Positions 12,640 through 25,032 of a stretch of 64,000 bases of DNA are shown here, one piece after another. Made by a program: the position numbers and the translations under genes. Numbering within the stretch: the first letter of the stretch is position 1; the number at the start of each line of letters is the position of its first letter. Source of the stretch: Octopus sinensis (taxonomy: Eukaryota); assembly GCF_006345805.1 (NCBI RefSeq), contig NC_042997.1, positions 198,214,001 through 198,278,000 on the forward strand. The letters are read 5' to 3'. The notes under the pieces were generated by a model that had not been told where the DNA came from, did no database searches, and saw nothing but the letters and a program-made list of their open reading frames with translations.

Positions 12640-14010
12640 TAAGTTTTAATAGGGCCACAATTGCAAGGCTTAGTTTCGTTGACATTATGACTTAAGGAGA
12701 GATTATCGTTAATATTATTGTAAGTGCAATTAAAGTTGCTAAGGTTATTAGGAGGGACACTGTAACCTTTTATAACACGGCTGGTATGTGATGCTGTAAA
12801 TTGTGAAATATTGTAGGTGTTGGAAAAACCGAGTCTGATACCGTGTGTGTTGAAATATTTAGTGGTACCTTGATTTAATAGGGAAGTTCCTTTCTGTAGC
12901 TTGAAGTAACAAGGGAAGGTTACTTTTTACTTGATTACCGTATGGAATAATCAGCTAAATATTTTTATTAGGGTTGCGTGATTCTATGCGAGATTTATTA
13001 CTAAAAAAACCTAATGTTATTTTTAACATAATGTAAAATTGAAGAGGAAACATAGTTACTTCCCTTTGTTTACTTTTAGCATTATGAAGGTAAGAAATAT
13101 GGATATTTTGATGGAATCGAGTATTATTTAAATAATTAACTGTAGAAGGAACAGGACAAGTACTCTTGTTTTTAATATGTCTTCTGCTAATATTGCTTTT
13201 CCTACTGTTATATTGTTATTAGTACAGTTAGGGCTAAGTTGGTTAAAACATTTAATTTGTTCCTTATATCCTGTTTTGTATAAAGTTGAGTTATAAAAGT
13301 CAGCGTTGCTAGTGAAGACGGTTACATTGGCGGATAATTTAGACATTCTAAGGGATATGTTTTTAACCAAATTTTTTGTTAAATTGTTGTTGTGGTTACT
13401 AGAGGTACTGATGTATTTTAGGTTAGTTGAAGGTTTATAGTATGAGAAATACAAGGCCGTATTTAAGTTTAGAGTTAGCTCTAGGAAGTTAACCTTAGTT
13501 TTATCAACATCGAAAGAAATACTTAGGCCCATATTACTAACATATTTGACTAAATTTCGTTTAACTTTTTGTAGTTTCTGATTTGAGGTATTTTGTAGGT
13601 AAAGTAGGCAGTCATCACGATATAAACCACCGAGTCTATAAGGGAATTGGTCTGCTAGTTCTGATAGGATGTAAATTCTGACCAAATCAGGAACCTGAGC
13701 CGAATCGCTACTTCCCATAGGGATATCGAAGCAATCTGGTCAATCCCAACGAATCTAAAGTTTGTTACCGAATTGGATGATGGATTTCTTGCCGCTAGGA
13801 CAATATTAATTTCATCGCGGGTTAGTCCTGCCTTATTATGTGCAAACCATAGGACTTTGTTTAGGATGATAGGATTGATAGAGGAATAATAGCTGCAAAT
13901 ATCAAACCATATGAATTTCCTATATTTCTCCTAAATACATCTTGCTTGTCCCCGGATTCAAATCCTACACAAGAGTGTCCATGTTTTCCTAAAACACTTA
14001 CGCAACATTT
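12640..14010 (-). mobile_element. Decayed Penelope-like element reverse transcriptase (Naiad-like)
   Basis: FDICSYYSSI...PMGSSDSAQVPDLV...GLYRDDCL...VNFLELTLNL...YKP...SNH...IS.R.S.LS, then IPYGNQVKSN...NFP...IFN with stops/frameshifts; RT motifs of PLE type. Confidence 0.85.
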
Positions 14011-14298
14011 AGCTACCATGGAATTATTCCTTCGGATCATTCCTATATACTGTACACTTATATATATATATATAATGTATGTATGCATGTGCGTGTTTGT
14101 TCCTCTACGGCATTATGACCAGTGTTGGTTTGTTTACGTCACTTAGCAGTTCGGCAAAGTGAACCAATACAATAAGTATCAGGCTTCTATAAATACTGTT
14201 GTCGATTTGTTCGATTGAAATTTTCAAGGCGCTGCCAGCTGTTTGACCGCCGTGTAGTAACCAAAACAAATAAAAGGGGAAAGGATATGGGCCTAGAG

Positions 14299-14494
14299 CA
14301 GTGGTTCCCAACTTTTTCACAGTGGTTCTCAAATGTGGTCTCCAACCCTTTTAAGTGAGTTTTTCCACGGACCCATTTTGATATGTTTATCCTTATATAT
14401 ATATATGAAATTTTGAATTTAGTTCATGCACCTCCCCCCAGTACTACCTTTGCGGACCACCAGGAGTCCGCCGACCCCAGGTTGGGAACCAGTT
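14299..14494. mobile_element. hAT (Charlie-like) MITE
   Basis: TIR cagtggttcccaac / gttgggaaccagtt; 8-bp TSD gcctagag (14291-14298) / gcatagag (14495-14502). Confidence 0.75.
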
Positions 14495-14736
14495 GCATAG
14501 AGGATAAAAAAGAACCTTCTAAGAAACTAATTAAAGAAACTGGGACTACTGTAAATGATAGTTACAATAGCCTGAAACTAGAGATCCCTGATCAGTCCCT
14601 TTTGACATCGACTCATCGGAGACCACCACTTGTTTTATGATATACATTTCTCCTTTTAACGTGTGCTAAATTAAATTTATCCCTCAAAATTTCATTTTAT
14701 GAATGAATTGAGAAATAAGGGAAGACTAACTATGAA

Positions 14737-14860
14737 AAAAGTTTTTAAAAGCTTTTATATTTCTGGCACAAAGAACCATCTTCCAAAGGAAACGATCTAA
14801 AAAACTGTGCGTTTCTTGATATTTTAGATAGTCCAGATACAACGCTCTAATTTCACGTTC
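14737..14860 (-). CDS. Candidate exon EREIRALYLDYLKYQETHSFLDRFLWKM...
   Basis: tttttaagctggttttAG acceptor, only phase 0 is open; donor position uncertain. Confidence 0.25.
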
Positions 14861-15385
14861 CTAAAACCAGCTTAAAAATTGCATTTATTTTGCTAAATTA
14901 TTTTCAAAATTAATTCAAACGAAAGCAGCGTATTTCAACAAAAATATGATATCGAAGTATATCGAAGTATATTGTCGTTGTGTCATATTACAGTTTGATT
15001 CTCTATAGTCAGATACCTGGCTTAAAGTGGTCTAATAATCGATAAAGTACAAGGTTATAATGAAGAAATACGTTATGACCGACTTAACTGGATAATGAAC
15101 AGTAATGGCATTGAAATAAATCATCACAACAAAACCTAAAGGGAAATAGCCAGCCATTGAAAGAAATAAGATGAAAGAGAAGTATTATTGGCAGAATATA
15201 TATATTTTAACCTCTCAAGCATTTTATGCAAATAAATGGGGCGTAAAATATAATGAAGAAATCACTTTAGGGTTCAAAACAATTTCATCGCTTTCTATAG
15301 TTTGTTTTGATCATTAGAGAACTCGGATGGGTTATACGCTTGTGCAAGGCTAAGTAAAAGTGTGGCAAATTATGTTCTATCATCA

Positions 15386-15552
15386 CAGGAGTGGCTGTGT
15401 GGTAAGTAGCTTGCTTACGAACTACATGGTTCCGGGTTCAGTCCCACTGTGTAGCACCTTGGACAGGTGTCATCTACTATAGACTCGAGCTGACCAAAGC
15501 CTTGTGAGTGAATTTGGTAGACAGATACTGAAAGAAGCCCGTCGTATATATG

Positions 15553-15583
<31 letters not shown>

Positions 15584-15617
15584 GTATATATGTGTGTGTA
15601 TATAATATATATATATA

Positions 15618-15703
<86 letters not shown>

Positions 15704-15736
15704 ATATATATATATGTGTGTATATATATATATATA

Positions 15737-15781
<45 letters not shown>

Positions 15782-16222
15782 AGTATATATATATATATAT
15801 GTGTGTGTGTGTATATATGTTTTTCTCTCCTTGTTTTTCTCCTTGTTTTTTCTGTTTCCCTTTCTGTAGAAGAGCGTAGGCTCGAAACGTAAAAGATTTT
15901 TTCTATTCATGAGCGTTATACTAATACATCTGTTTGTTTTCTACACCACCTGTCTTCGTCTTTTGTTTTTTTTCGTAAACTCTCCCTATGTATGTATGTG
16001 TATGTATATTTGCGTTTGTCTGTGTTTGTACCCCAACATCGCTTGACAACCGATGCTGGTGTCTTTACGTCCCCGTAACTTAGCGGTTCGGCAAAAGAGA
16101 CCGATAGAATAAGTACTAGGCTTACAAAGAATGAGTCCTGGGGTCGATGTGCTCGACTAAAGACGGTACTCCAGCATGGCCACAGTCAAATGACTGAAAC
16201 AAGCAAAAGAGAGTAAAAGAGG
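15386..16222 (+). mobile_element. SINE type A with a Penelope/hammerhead-type remnant (15820-15990) nested in its internal microsatellite
   Basis: SINE head/centre 15386-15545, TA tract, insert, SINE 3' half 16010-16222. Confidence 0.88.
15860..15895 (+). ncRNA. Minimal type I hammerhead-like motif with variant core CUGUAGA
   Basis: Stem I cttt/aaag, stem II gagc-gtag-gctc, GAAA, palindromic ACGT stem III, H17=A. Confidence 0.45.
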
Positions 16223-16739
16223 GCATTGTGATGTATCTAACAAAACAATTAACGATAGAACGCTCCAGGTATCCAATCTGAAAGTAGTCAACAGAAAACT
16301 GGAACACACTCGCTGTAGTAAGCGGCAAAAGAACTAACATTAAATTATACATAGTTAGCATAACAGGTCTTAGTTTGACCCCTTTTCTAGAAATATCGTG
16401 GAAAATGATGAACCCCCGCTTTAAGCTAACTTATCCTATAGAATCCACAGGAAGATATGATTTTCAGTGCCATCTTAACGACCTGCTTTGAAGCTGTAAA
16501 AGGTCTCACTATATATATCTATAAAATATGGTTTGTTATTGATTATGAAATAATTTGACCAGAGAATAAAGGTTGGTGAAATGCTATTTTAGCACGGGAA
16601 TGAGATATTTGGGCGCAGCTGTTTTGGCGCGGCATATTTGGCGTCACTGAGTCGATGCTGACTTGGCATCAAGCATTTCAATATTTCTCTCAATGTAATT
16701 TTTCTTTTGTTTTCTCTCTGCCTGTCTGTCTGTCTGTCT

Positions 16740-16774
<35 letters not shown>

Positions 16775-17001
16775 GTTTATATGAACATACGAGCGCGTGA
16801 GTGTTTGTTTGCCGCCAGCGCAAAAATGTCCTGACGTTAAACAGTTGATGATGATGTTGATGATAATGATGATGGTGCAGATATTTAGGGGAATAGAAAG
16901 TTGAGACCCTAAGGAATGGTAAATTCCATCCATGGCATTTCACGAAGTATATAAACGAAAGATCATTTGACAATATGAGCTGATGTTCACTTTACGATAT
17001 T

Positions 17002-18131
17002 GGCTTCAAATTTTGGCACAAGGCCAGCAATTTGGGGGAAGAGATAAATCGATTAATTCGACCCCAGTTCTCAGTCAGTACTGATATTATCGACCCAGAA
17101 AGGATGAAAAGCATAGTAGATTCGGCGGAAATTGAACTCAAAAACGGACGAAATAACTATTTCTTTACTGCCCACAAGGGGCTACACACAGAGAAGACAA
17201 ACAAGGACAGACAAAAGGTTTAAGTCGATTATTTTGACCTCCAGTGTGTAACTGGTACTTATTTAATCGACCCCGAAAGGATGAAAGGCAAAGTCGACCT
17301 CGGCGGAATTTGAACTCAGAACGTAACGGCAGACGAGATACCTCTTTCTTTACTACCCACAAGGGGCTAAACACAGAGAGGACAAACAAGGACAGACAAA
17401 CGGATTAAGTCGATTATTTTGACCTCCAGTGTGTAACTGGTACTTATTTTAATCGACCCCGAAAGGATGAAAGGCAAAGTCGACCTCGGCGGAATTTGAA
17501 CTCAGAACGTAACGGCAGACGAGATACCTCTTTCTTTACTACCCACAAGGGGCTAAACACAGAGAGGACAAACAAGGACAGACAAACGGATTAAGTCGAT
17601 TATATCTACCCCAGTGCGTAACTGGTAATTATTTAATCGACCCCGAAAGGATGAAAGGCAAAGTCGACCTCGGCGGAATTTGAACTCAGAACGTAACGGC
17701 AGACGAGATACCTCTTTCTTTACTACCCACAAGGGGCTAAACACAGAGAGGACAAACAAGGACAGACAAACGGATTAAGTCGATTATTTTGACCTCCAGT
17801 GTGTAACTGGTACTTATTTTAATCGACCCCGAAAGGATGAAAGGCAAAGTCGACCTCGGCGGAATTTGAACTCAGAACGTAACGGCAGACGAGCTACCTC
17901 TTTCTTTACTACCCACAAGGGGCTAAACACAGAGGGGACAAACAAGGACAGACAAACGGATTAAGTCGATTATATCTACCCCAGTGCGTAACTGGTAATT
18001 ATTTAATCGACCCCGAAAGGATGAAAGGCAAAGTCGACCTCGGCTGAATTTGAACTCAGAACGTAGCGGCAGACGAAATACCGATAAGCATTTTTCCAGG
18101 CGTCCCAACCATTCTGGCAGTTCACCGCCTT
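17002..18131 (-). mobile_element. SINE type B tandem array: one head plus six core copies at ~177-186 bp spacing
   Basis: gaaaggatgaaa at 17098, 17275, 17461, 17645, 17831 and 18015; single 5' head at ~18131. Confidence 0.95.
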
Positions 18132-18569
18132 ATAATATTACTCACTTTACTTATGATATTGTTATAAACCCCCACAGTAGATCATTTCCTTCATTAAAAT
18201 ATAAACGATAAATATCGATTCTGGATAGTTAATTCGTAACTAATCAATCTAATAAGAATACTTAACAGGCATGATTATTTATAATCGCTTTTCAACCCAC
18301 CAGGGTCGCTTAAATTTATAGTCATTATTATGTATGCACATCAACTACCTTAATGTAATTGCCCAGAAGATATTTAGTAACAATCATATTAGGGAATTTT
18401 AACTCTATTAAAGTTTTGAACGCTTACTTAGTTGAATATTACATTGCCTTAATTATTGTTGTCTACATTTTAATATCTTCCATAAATTGTGATGACAAAT
18501 ACACAGACAAACACACAAGCATATATATATTTATATATATACATATGTGTGTGTGTGTGTGTGTGTATA

Positions 18570-18792
18570 CTTCTTTTACTTCTTTGAGCCATTTGACTGC
18601 TGCCATGCTGGAGCATCACCTTAATTGGTTTTAGACCAACAAATCAACCCAGGACTTATTCTATGTAAGCCTAGTACTTAATCTATCGTGATATTTTGAC
18701 GAACCACTAAGTTATGGGGATGTAGTTACACCAACATTGCTTGCCAAGTGGTGGTGGGGCACAAACACAGACAAAAACACACAAATATATGC

Positions 18793-18881
<89 letters not shown>

Positions 18882-19222
18882 ATATGAAATTTACAGATAA
18901 ACAGAAGACGAAGGCTTGTGTATAAACAACAAGCAGGTGTGTTAGTTTGACGTTCGGTATGATGAGAGTCTTTTACATTTTGAGCCTACGCTCTTCAACA
19001 GAAAGGATCACGAAGAAATAAACAGAAAGAGAATAAAAGAAAAAAACTTGTGGATTTAGCAGTCAAGGGATTTTTTCAGTCTCTACCAATCAAACCCACT
19101 CACAAGGCTTTGGTCGACTCGAGACCATAGCAGAACACACCTCAAGATGCTATGCAGTGGGACTGAACACGGACCCATGTAGTTAGGAAGCATACTTCTT
19201 ATCACACAGCCACGCCACCGCC
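18570..19222 (-). mobile_element. SINE type A with the same Penelope/hammerhead-type remnant (18886-19050) nested in its TA tract
   Basis: Tail at 18570, TA tract 18790-18885, insert, head ending at ~19222. Confidence 0.85.
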
Positions 19223-19396
19223 TTTTTGTCAGTTTAAACTACAATCCTGTTTCAGTCTTGTTTTTTTTTAAAGTGATTTTAATTCAATGAATGCTCCTAA
19301 ATAAAGATCTTCTGCTATAACTGTTTTGCAACTCTAATCCGACAATAATATAAGGCTATATAGAACTGTTTGACTCTGGTGAATATAGAAAATAAT

Positions 19397-19849
19397 AGCT
19401 GATCTAGGTGTATACACACTATTTGTCAACAAGCGAGATATATTCTCCATGACAAAACGCAGTGCGTAGCATGTCCCCCAGTTCGAACGTGCATCAGGCA
19501 TATTCCAACTGATAATAACATTGCAGTTCTTCTTATCACAGCTTAGCGCTCCCCTTCCGTAATTTACTTATGGTGAGCCGCCGTGTAGCGCTACCAGTCA
19601 TGTTACGGAGGACTGGAGACACATAAGAGAGGTAATCTCTTAATTCAGTTCGCAGTGTCATCTGCTTAGTGTCTGTGACCGATGAGGAGACAACTACTCC
19701 GAAATGCTAGCATCTCAGAGTCTAGGTAGGTGGAGCTGCGAGCTGATTTAGGTGTATACACACGACTTGTCAAGAAGAGAGATATATTCTCCGTGACTAA
19801 ATTCCCCAGTTCGAACGTGCATCAAGCATATTCGAATTGATAACATCGC
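19397..19849 (+). mobile_element. Retrozyme-like (or PLE pLTR-like) unit, 344-nt period, ~1.3 copies
   Basis: Direct repeats 19397-19524 and 19741-19849 (agctgat.taggtgtatacacac...ccccagttcgaacgtgcatca.gcatattc) enclose a hammerhead fold. Confidence 0.6.
19671..19722 (+). ncRNA. Type I hammerhead ribozyme motif
   Basis: gtctgtga-CCGATGA-ggag acaacta ctcc-GAAA-tgctagca-TC-tcagagtc: 4-bp stem II, palindromic ATGCTAGCAT stem III, AUC triplet (C17=19714), stem I 6/8 paired; U4C in core. Confidence 0.7.
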
Positions 19850-20206
19850 TATAGAAAATGATATTAACTGAGTATATTGAAAAGAAAAAAACACACACAC
19901 ATTCGTTTAATCTACTGTACGTTGTTTGTTTGGCTATCTCGAACTATTTTGTAGCGAAGAACGACTGACAGACAGAATACATTCACACATAAATACCGTT
20001 CTAGATCTATTGGCAAAAGAATGAATTACTCTAATGTTAAACTAACAAAAGAGAGTAACTCAATCTTAACAGATAGGATTAAGTCAGTTAAATATAAAAC
20101 TACAGTTGTTACTTTATTTATTTTGCTCGAATGATATAGAAGAAATTAAACTACGTTTAATGTAACCGGTAATTTAATGAAGAATCCACAACAAATTACA
20201 TCTTAC

Positions 20207-20337
20207 TTCTGAACGCTTCCAAACGCGTAACGACTCTTCCATTCAATTCGGGAATGATTGAGAGAAAAAGTAAACATATTAGAATACTGATTGCCGTTTC
20301 CACTGTTTACTGAAGACTGGGAGTAAACGGCTTCCAT
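20207..20337 (-). CDS. Candidate first coding exon MEAVYSQSSVNSGNGNQYSNMFTFSLNHSRIEWKSRYAFGSVQ
   Basis: GCCACAATGG Kozak-like start, open frame, AA|gtaaga donor, higher GC than flanks. Confidence 0.35.
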
Positions 20338-21699
20338 TGTGGCGCTTAATTTCGACTGAAATTGTTGTTTTAAATCAGATTCAATGATCGATTGTAGCCA
20401 TAGGAGGAAAGTTATCGAGTGAAAGATGTGCGAGATTTCTCTTATGATTGGTTTGGAGGGAGAGAATTGCAATTAGAAGAAAAGCAATAAAAATGCATTC
20501 TAAACAATCAATTAGATTGCAAATATAGAAAATAAAAACAAAAACAAAAAGAAAAACAAACGTTTCTTTTTTCACTTAAGTAGTTATTGAGGTACAGATC
20601 GATAAAATATCTCGGAAGCTAAGAATAGACTTTGCAACTTCAACCAGAGATCGAATTAAAAAAAGCACTTTATGGAGCAAATTTTGCATAAAACCACTCA
20701 GTGGATACCTGTACATAGAATAGAATTAATAGCATCTGTTAGATACTAGGCCATTAAGTTGCATTGCATATCGAAATAAATGCATACACACATTTATATA
20801 TGCACACACATCTGTATATATATATATATATATAATATATATATATATACATACATACATAGAAATATGTATGTGTATGCATATATGCATATGTAATATG
20901 CAGTTATAATATGCAGGTTTATACACGTACACTTGCCCACACACACGCACACACATGGACACACGGACACACACATTTATATGACTAGTTTTATGGAAGT
21001 AGAAGTGCAGATAAATGCAGGTAGCTTTGAAATATAGATTTGCATAGACTACAAACTACATATTACTCAATAATGAAAAGAGAAAACAAAACAGAACAGT
21101 CGAGAATTATGTAAATTTTTACCCCGACAGCTGTTTCAAGACAGTCATAACTTACGAAGCAACCACATTCATACGCTGTATGAGTTTGATGTCATAGGTG
21201 TGCCTATAGCATCTTGTATTTATTACTTTTGAATATGGTTATTATGTAAGTCATGGCTATATTAAATCATTCCTCTGTTCTGTATTGTTTTCTTGTATTA
21301 TTTTGCATTATGTATTTTGTACTTCGTGCAAATATACGCCTTATGCCTACCTGCTTTCATCTGCTTTTCTACCTCTTATTTTCTCCTTCTCCTCACACAC
21401 ATACACATACACACACACGCAAATATCTATATATAAAGAGAGAGCGAGAGAGGTGAGACAGTCAACAGATGAGATCGTGAAAATCTCAATATAGAAAGTA
21501 CTTAGTAGCGCTCAAATTATTTGAACTTACACTTCCATATCTTTACTAAGGACCAAGTCAGCAGCGCTAAAATTATTTTCTCTAGAAAAGAGTATTTATG
21601 TTTATGCTTCACTGTTTATCATCTGAAAAGTTCGAGTCTGCTTTCTCTTTTTCTATGTATACCTGTATATATGTTTTGTACATTAAAACCTAAGATTAC

Positions 21700-21732
<33 letters not shown>

Positions 21733-22060
21733 ATAATAGATGAAAGACAGAAGATGGAATATACGAGAATATATTACTAATCACAACAATTGTTTCGACA
21801 CATCTAGCATCGACTCGTCTTGTGGGACACAAAAAAAAAAATAACTGGTTCAGGAGTATCCGGTGGTACAGACGTATCTTGTCGGGTGATAAATAAATAA
21901 AAAAAATCTCGTTAAAATGACTGTCATAATGCAACTTTCCAGTTTGTAGAGAGAAAAACAGCCAGACGGAGAAGAATTCTTCATAAATATAAAAGATCCA
22001 AAAATAAATTGCAGAAGACAAAAAGAGAAACGAACACTTAATCCAGCGAGAAAAATATTA

Positions 22061-22455
22061 TCTTTATATATAAAAGTGAGGATGTGTGCTGTCAGTCTCC
22101 TACGATTTAGATTCCTAACTACTCCCACATTTTGCGGTGCAGTTTAACCAAAACCGGGTATCTTATAGTCGTGATTCATATCGAGCCCTTCTGGGTATTA
22201 GCGCGCGTCTACGAGGAGTCTACGATTTAAAAAAAAATTACTATCAATTTTTCCCATTTTTAATGCATTTTTGGCATATATAAGGGAAGTAACTCTCTAA
22301 AAATTTATTATTAAATATCAGAACGTAAAACGCTACAGTAACATCCCCCTTTTGTGGTTAGCCATATTGAGATGGCTATTATACTTTACATCTCTAAAAA
22401 TGCTTATATAGTTATTTCCCTTACAAACCCGAGCAACGCCGGGCGATACTGCTAG
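22061..22455 (+). mobile_element. Complete non-autonomous Helitron
   Basis: A|TC 5' end (tctttatatataaaag), 3' GC hairpin cccgagcaacgccggg then CTAG|T, no TSD. Confidence 0.85.
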
Positions 22456-22471
22456 TATATGATAAAATATG

Positions 22472-22634
22472 ATTATAATTAAGGACGCTATACGCTAGAA
22501 GTAGATGTCAAATACCTACAATCCACTCTAAATTAGTTCTCGAGTTATAGAGAACAAGTATAGAGTGGATTGTAGGTATTTGACACCTACATCTAGCGTA
22601 TAGGCGCTGGCATTACAGAGCCCTTAATTATAAT
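22472..22634. repeat. ~160-nt hairpin (MITE-like)
   Basis: cgctatacgctagaagtagatgtcaaatacctacaatccactcta pairs with tagagtggattgtaggtatttgacacctacatctagcgtataggcg; outer attataattaagg/ccttaattataat. Confidence 0.8.
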
Positions 22635-22680
22635 TGTTTTTTTATAGTAAAATACATAAAAATTAATTTTACCGATATAC

Positions 22681-23087
22681 TCTTTTACTCTTTTACTTGT
22701 TTCAGTCATTTGACTGTGGCCATGCTGGAGCACCGCCTTTAGCCAAGCAAATCGACCCCAGGACTTATTCTTTGTAAGCCTAGTACTTATTCTATCGGTC
22801 TTTTTTGCCGAACCGCTAAGTTACGCGGACGTAAACACACCAGCATCGGTTGTCAAGCGATGTTGGGTGGGGGGCAAACACAGTCACACAAACATATACA
22901 TACACACATACATATACATATACACGACGAGCTTTTTTCAGTTTTCTTCTACCAAACCCACTCACAAGGTTTTGGTCGGCCCGAGGCTATAGTAGAAGAC
23001 ACCTGCTCAAGGTAATACGCAGTGAGACTGAACCCGGAACCATGTGGCTAGTAAGCAAGCTACTTACCACAGAGCCACTCTTACGCC
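22681..23087 (-). mobile_element. SINE type A, full length
   Basis: All modules present. Confidence 0.92.
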
Positions 23088-23406
23088 TATATGGCCAATT
23101 TTTATACGCTAACCACTGATGTAATCATTTAAATGATTATATCTTCAATTTATATATATATATTAAGTTTTGTATGTTTGTATGTATATGTACGTGTTTT
23201 TCAGCTGCGTACTTAGAACCTAACAGATGGTCAATTATAGCAATTATGCAGCGTATCTATTAGTTTAGATCACCAGTGAACTAAACCTCTCATATCCTTT
23301 ATGGCTGTATGTATGCATGTTATGTAATTCTCAAAATTAATCTAAGGTAGGAAAAATTATAGAAATTTTCCTACCAGTCACCTAGCATGTATACAAAGTC
23401 AATAGA

Positions 23407-23690
23407 TATATTTTTCATATAAAATTAGTGTACATTTCAACACAAAAAGAGATGAAACCTTAACAGGTCGCGTTACATGCTAGAAGGAATAGTCAAAAAT
23501 CCAAACCACAGTTCAAAGCAATTTCGGGGGGAATGAAAAATAAAAACATTTACCTATTTTTCATTCACTTCGAAATTGCTCTTAACTGTGGTTAGGACTT
23601 TTGACTATTCCTTCTAGCATGTAACGCGACGTGTTAAGGTTTCACCTCTTTTTGTGTTTAAATGTTCACTAATATTATATGAAATATATA
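23407..23690. repeat. Foldback element, ~135-bp arms
   Basis: aaaccttaacaggtcgcgttacatgctagaaggaatagtcaaaa pairs with ttttgactattccttctagcatgtaacgcgacgtgttaaggttt. Confidence 0.85.
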
Positions 23691-24749
23691 TATATATATA
23701 TATAGGCATATATAAGTAACAGTATACATTTGTATACATCAAATATCATCTGCGTAATACGCCTTGTAGCGTGCTCTCCAAACCTCCTTTACGGGCATCG
23801 GTTACCCTCTTACTGGGTATGCATGTGGAAAGACTTTAATATCCACAGAATTCATAAAAAGTGTTTTAACTCTATAGGATGGAATGAACAGACTTTAATC
23901 CAAATCATTTCAATTATTTCTGTGTTTTAGTATCACAGACGTCATTTCATGAACACGATCCAAAAATAGCAGTGCTCTCGAACCAACTCACCTAAAGACG
24001 TGCGGGCACACAACTATTGTTGGATTATATTAAGGCAATAATATGTAATATGTAAAACATTCAGCAATTATCAGCTGATACGATTGTAGTGATTTGGATT
24101 AAAACCTGTTCATTACATCTTATATTTTGCATTTGTTTGCGCGCGCGCGCATATATATGTGTATGTATATACAACTATGCAATTATATGCATGCATATAT
24201 GTATACATTTATAACATGGCTTTGGTAGCACAAAGAGAATAAATAGAGCTTTATTCATGTGAATATATGTATAGTGAACTTTAAGATCGAAAAGTTACAA
24301 CGTGACTAAATACCGCAAGTTTCGTGTACGGTACTTACGCACGATAATCTCGACACTTGAGCCACCTTGCCAATTGAAACCGAAAACTACTTTGTCAAAC
24401 GTAAAGCTTATCGCCACTTAAACGTAGGGGGTCTTTAAGAACAGGTTATACTGTTATTTTAACCCGGAGGACTCTCCAGCTGGCTATTCAATGCGCTTTG
24501 CACTCGATACATATTGCAAGTGGGGAGAGAACTCCCTACTCTCCTAGCTTGGAGACCACCACATCACGTGATTTCGATCTTATTAGATCAGCTTTAGTAA
24601 TAGATATTCGTCTGCTAGACATAGCAGTAGTCTAATTCAGCTCGTTTTATAGAGAATAAACAGCGTCACACAGTCAGTGGTTTTGCAACTGGCAAACTAG
24701 ATAGTCGATTAAGATATATATATACATATATATATATATATGTGTGTGT

Positions 24750-25032
24750 GTATTTGTTCCTTCTCGTGTCATGCCTGGCTCATAAGGCTGGTTTTCCGGT
24801 TTCCTTGACGTATAGGTTCCCCCCCTGGACGAGATGCCGGTCCGTCGCAGTTGAGCTGCAAGATTCAGGAGGAAAGGGTGAGAGAAATTTTGTGGCGAAA
24901 GAGTCAGCAGAAGTTCGCCATTACCTTCTGCGGGAGCGTTTCGCTCATAAACACACACATCGCCCGGGCTGAGATTCAAACCCGCGATCCCTCGATCGCG
25001 AGTCGCTGCTCTAACCACTAGGCCATGTGTCT
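24750..25032 (-). mobile_element. tRNA-derived SINE, type C, with a V-SINE-like tail
   Basis: Head catggcctagtggttagagcagcg...gggtttgaatctc, body actctttcgccacaaaatttctctcac, tail ctgcgacggaccggcatctcgtccaggg. Confidence 0.75.

Noticed and set aside
17002-18131. CRISPR-like regular array
   Set aside because: The units are whole ~185-bp SINE-derived repeats with no unique spacers; eukaryotic context, no cas genes.
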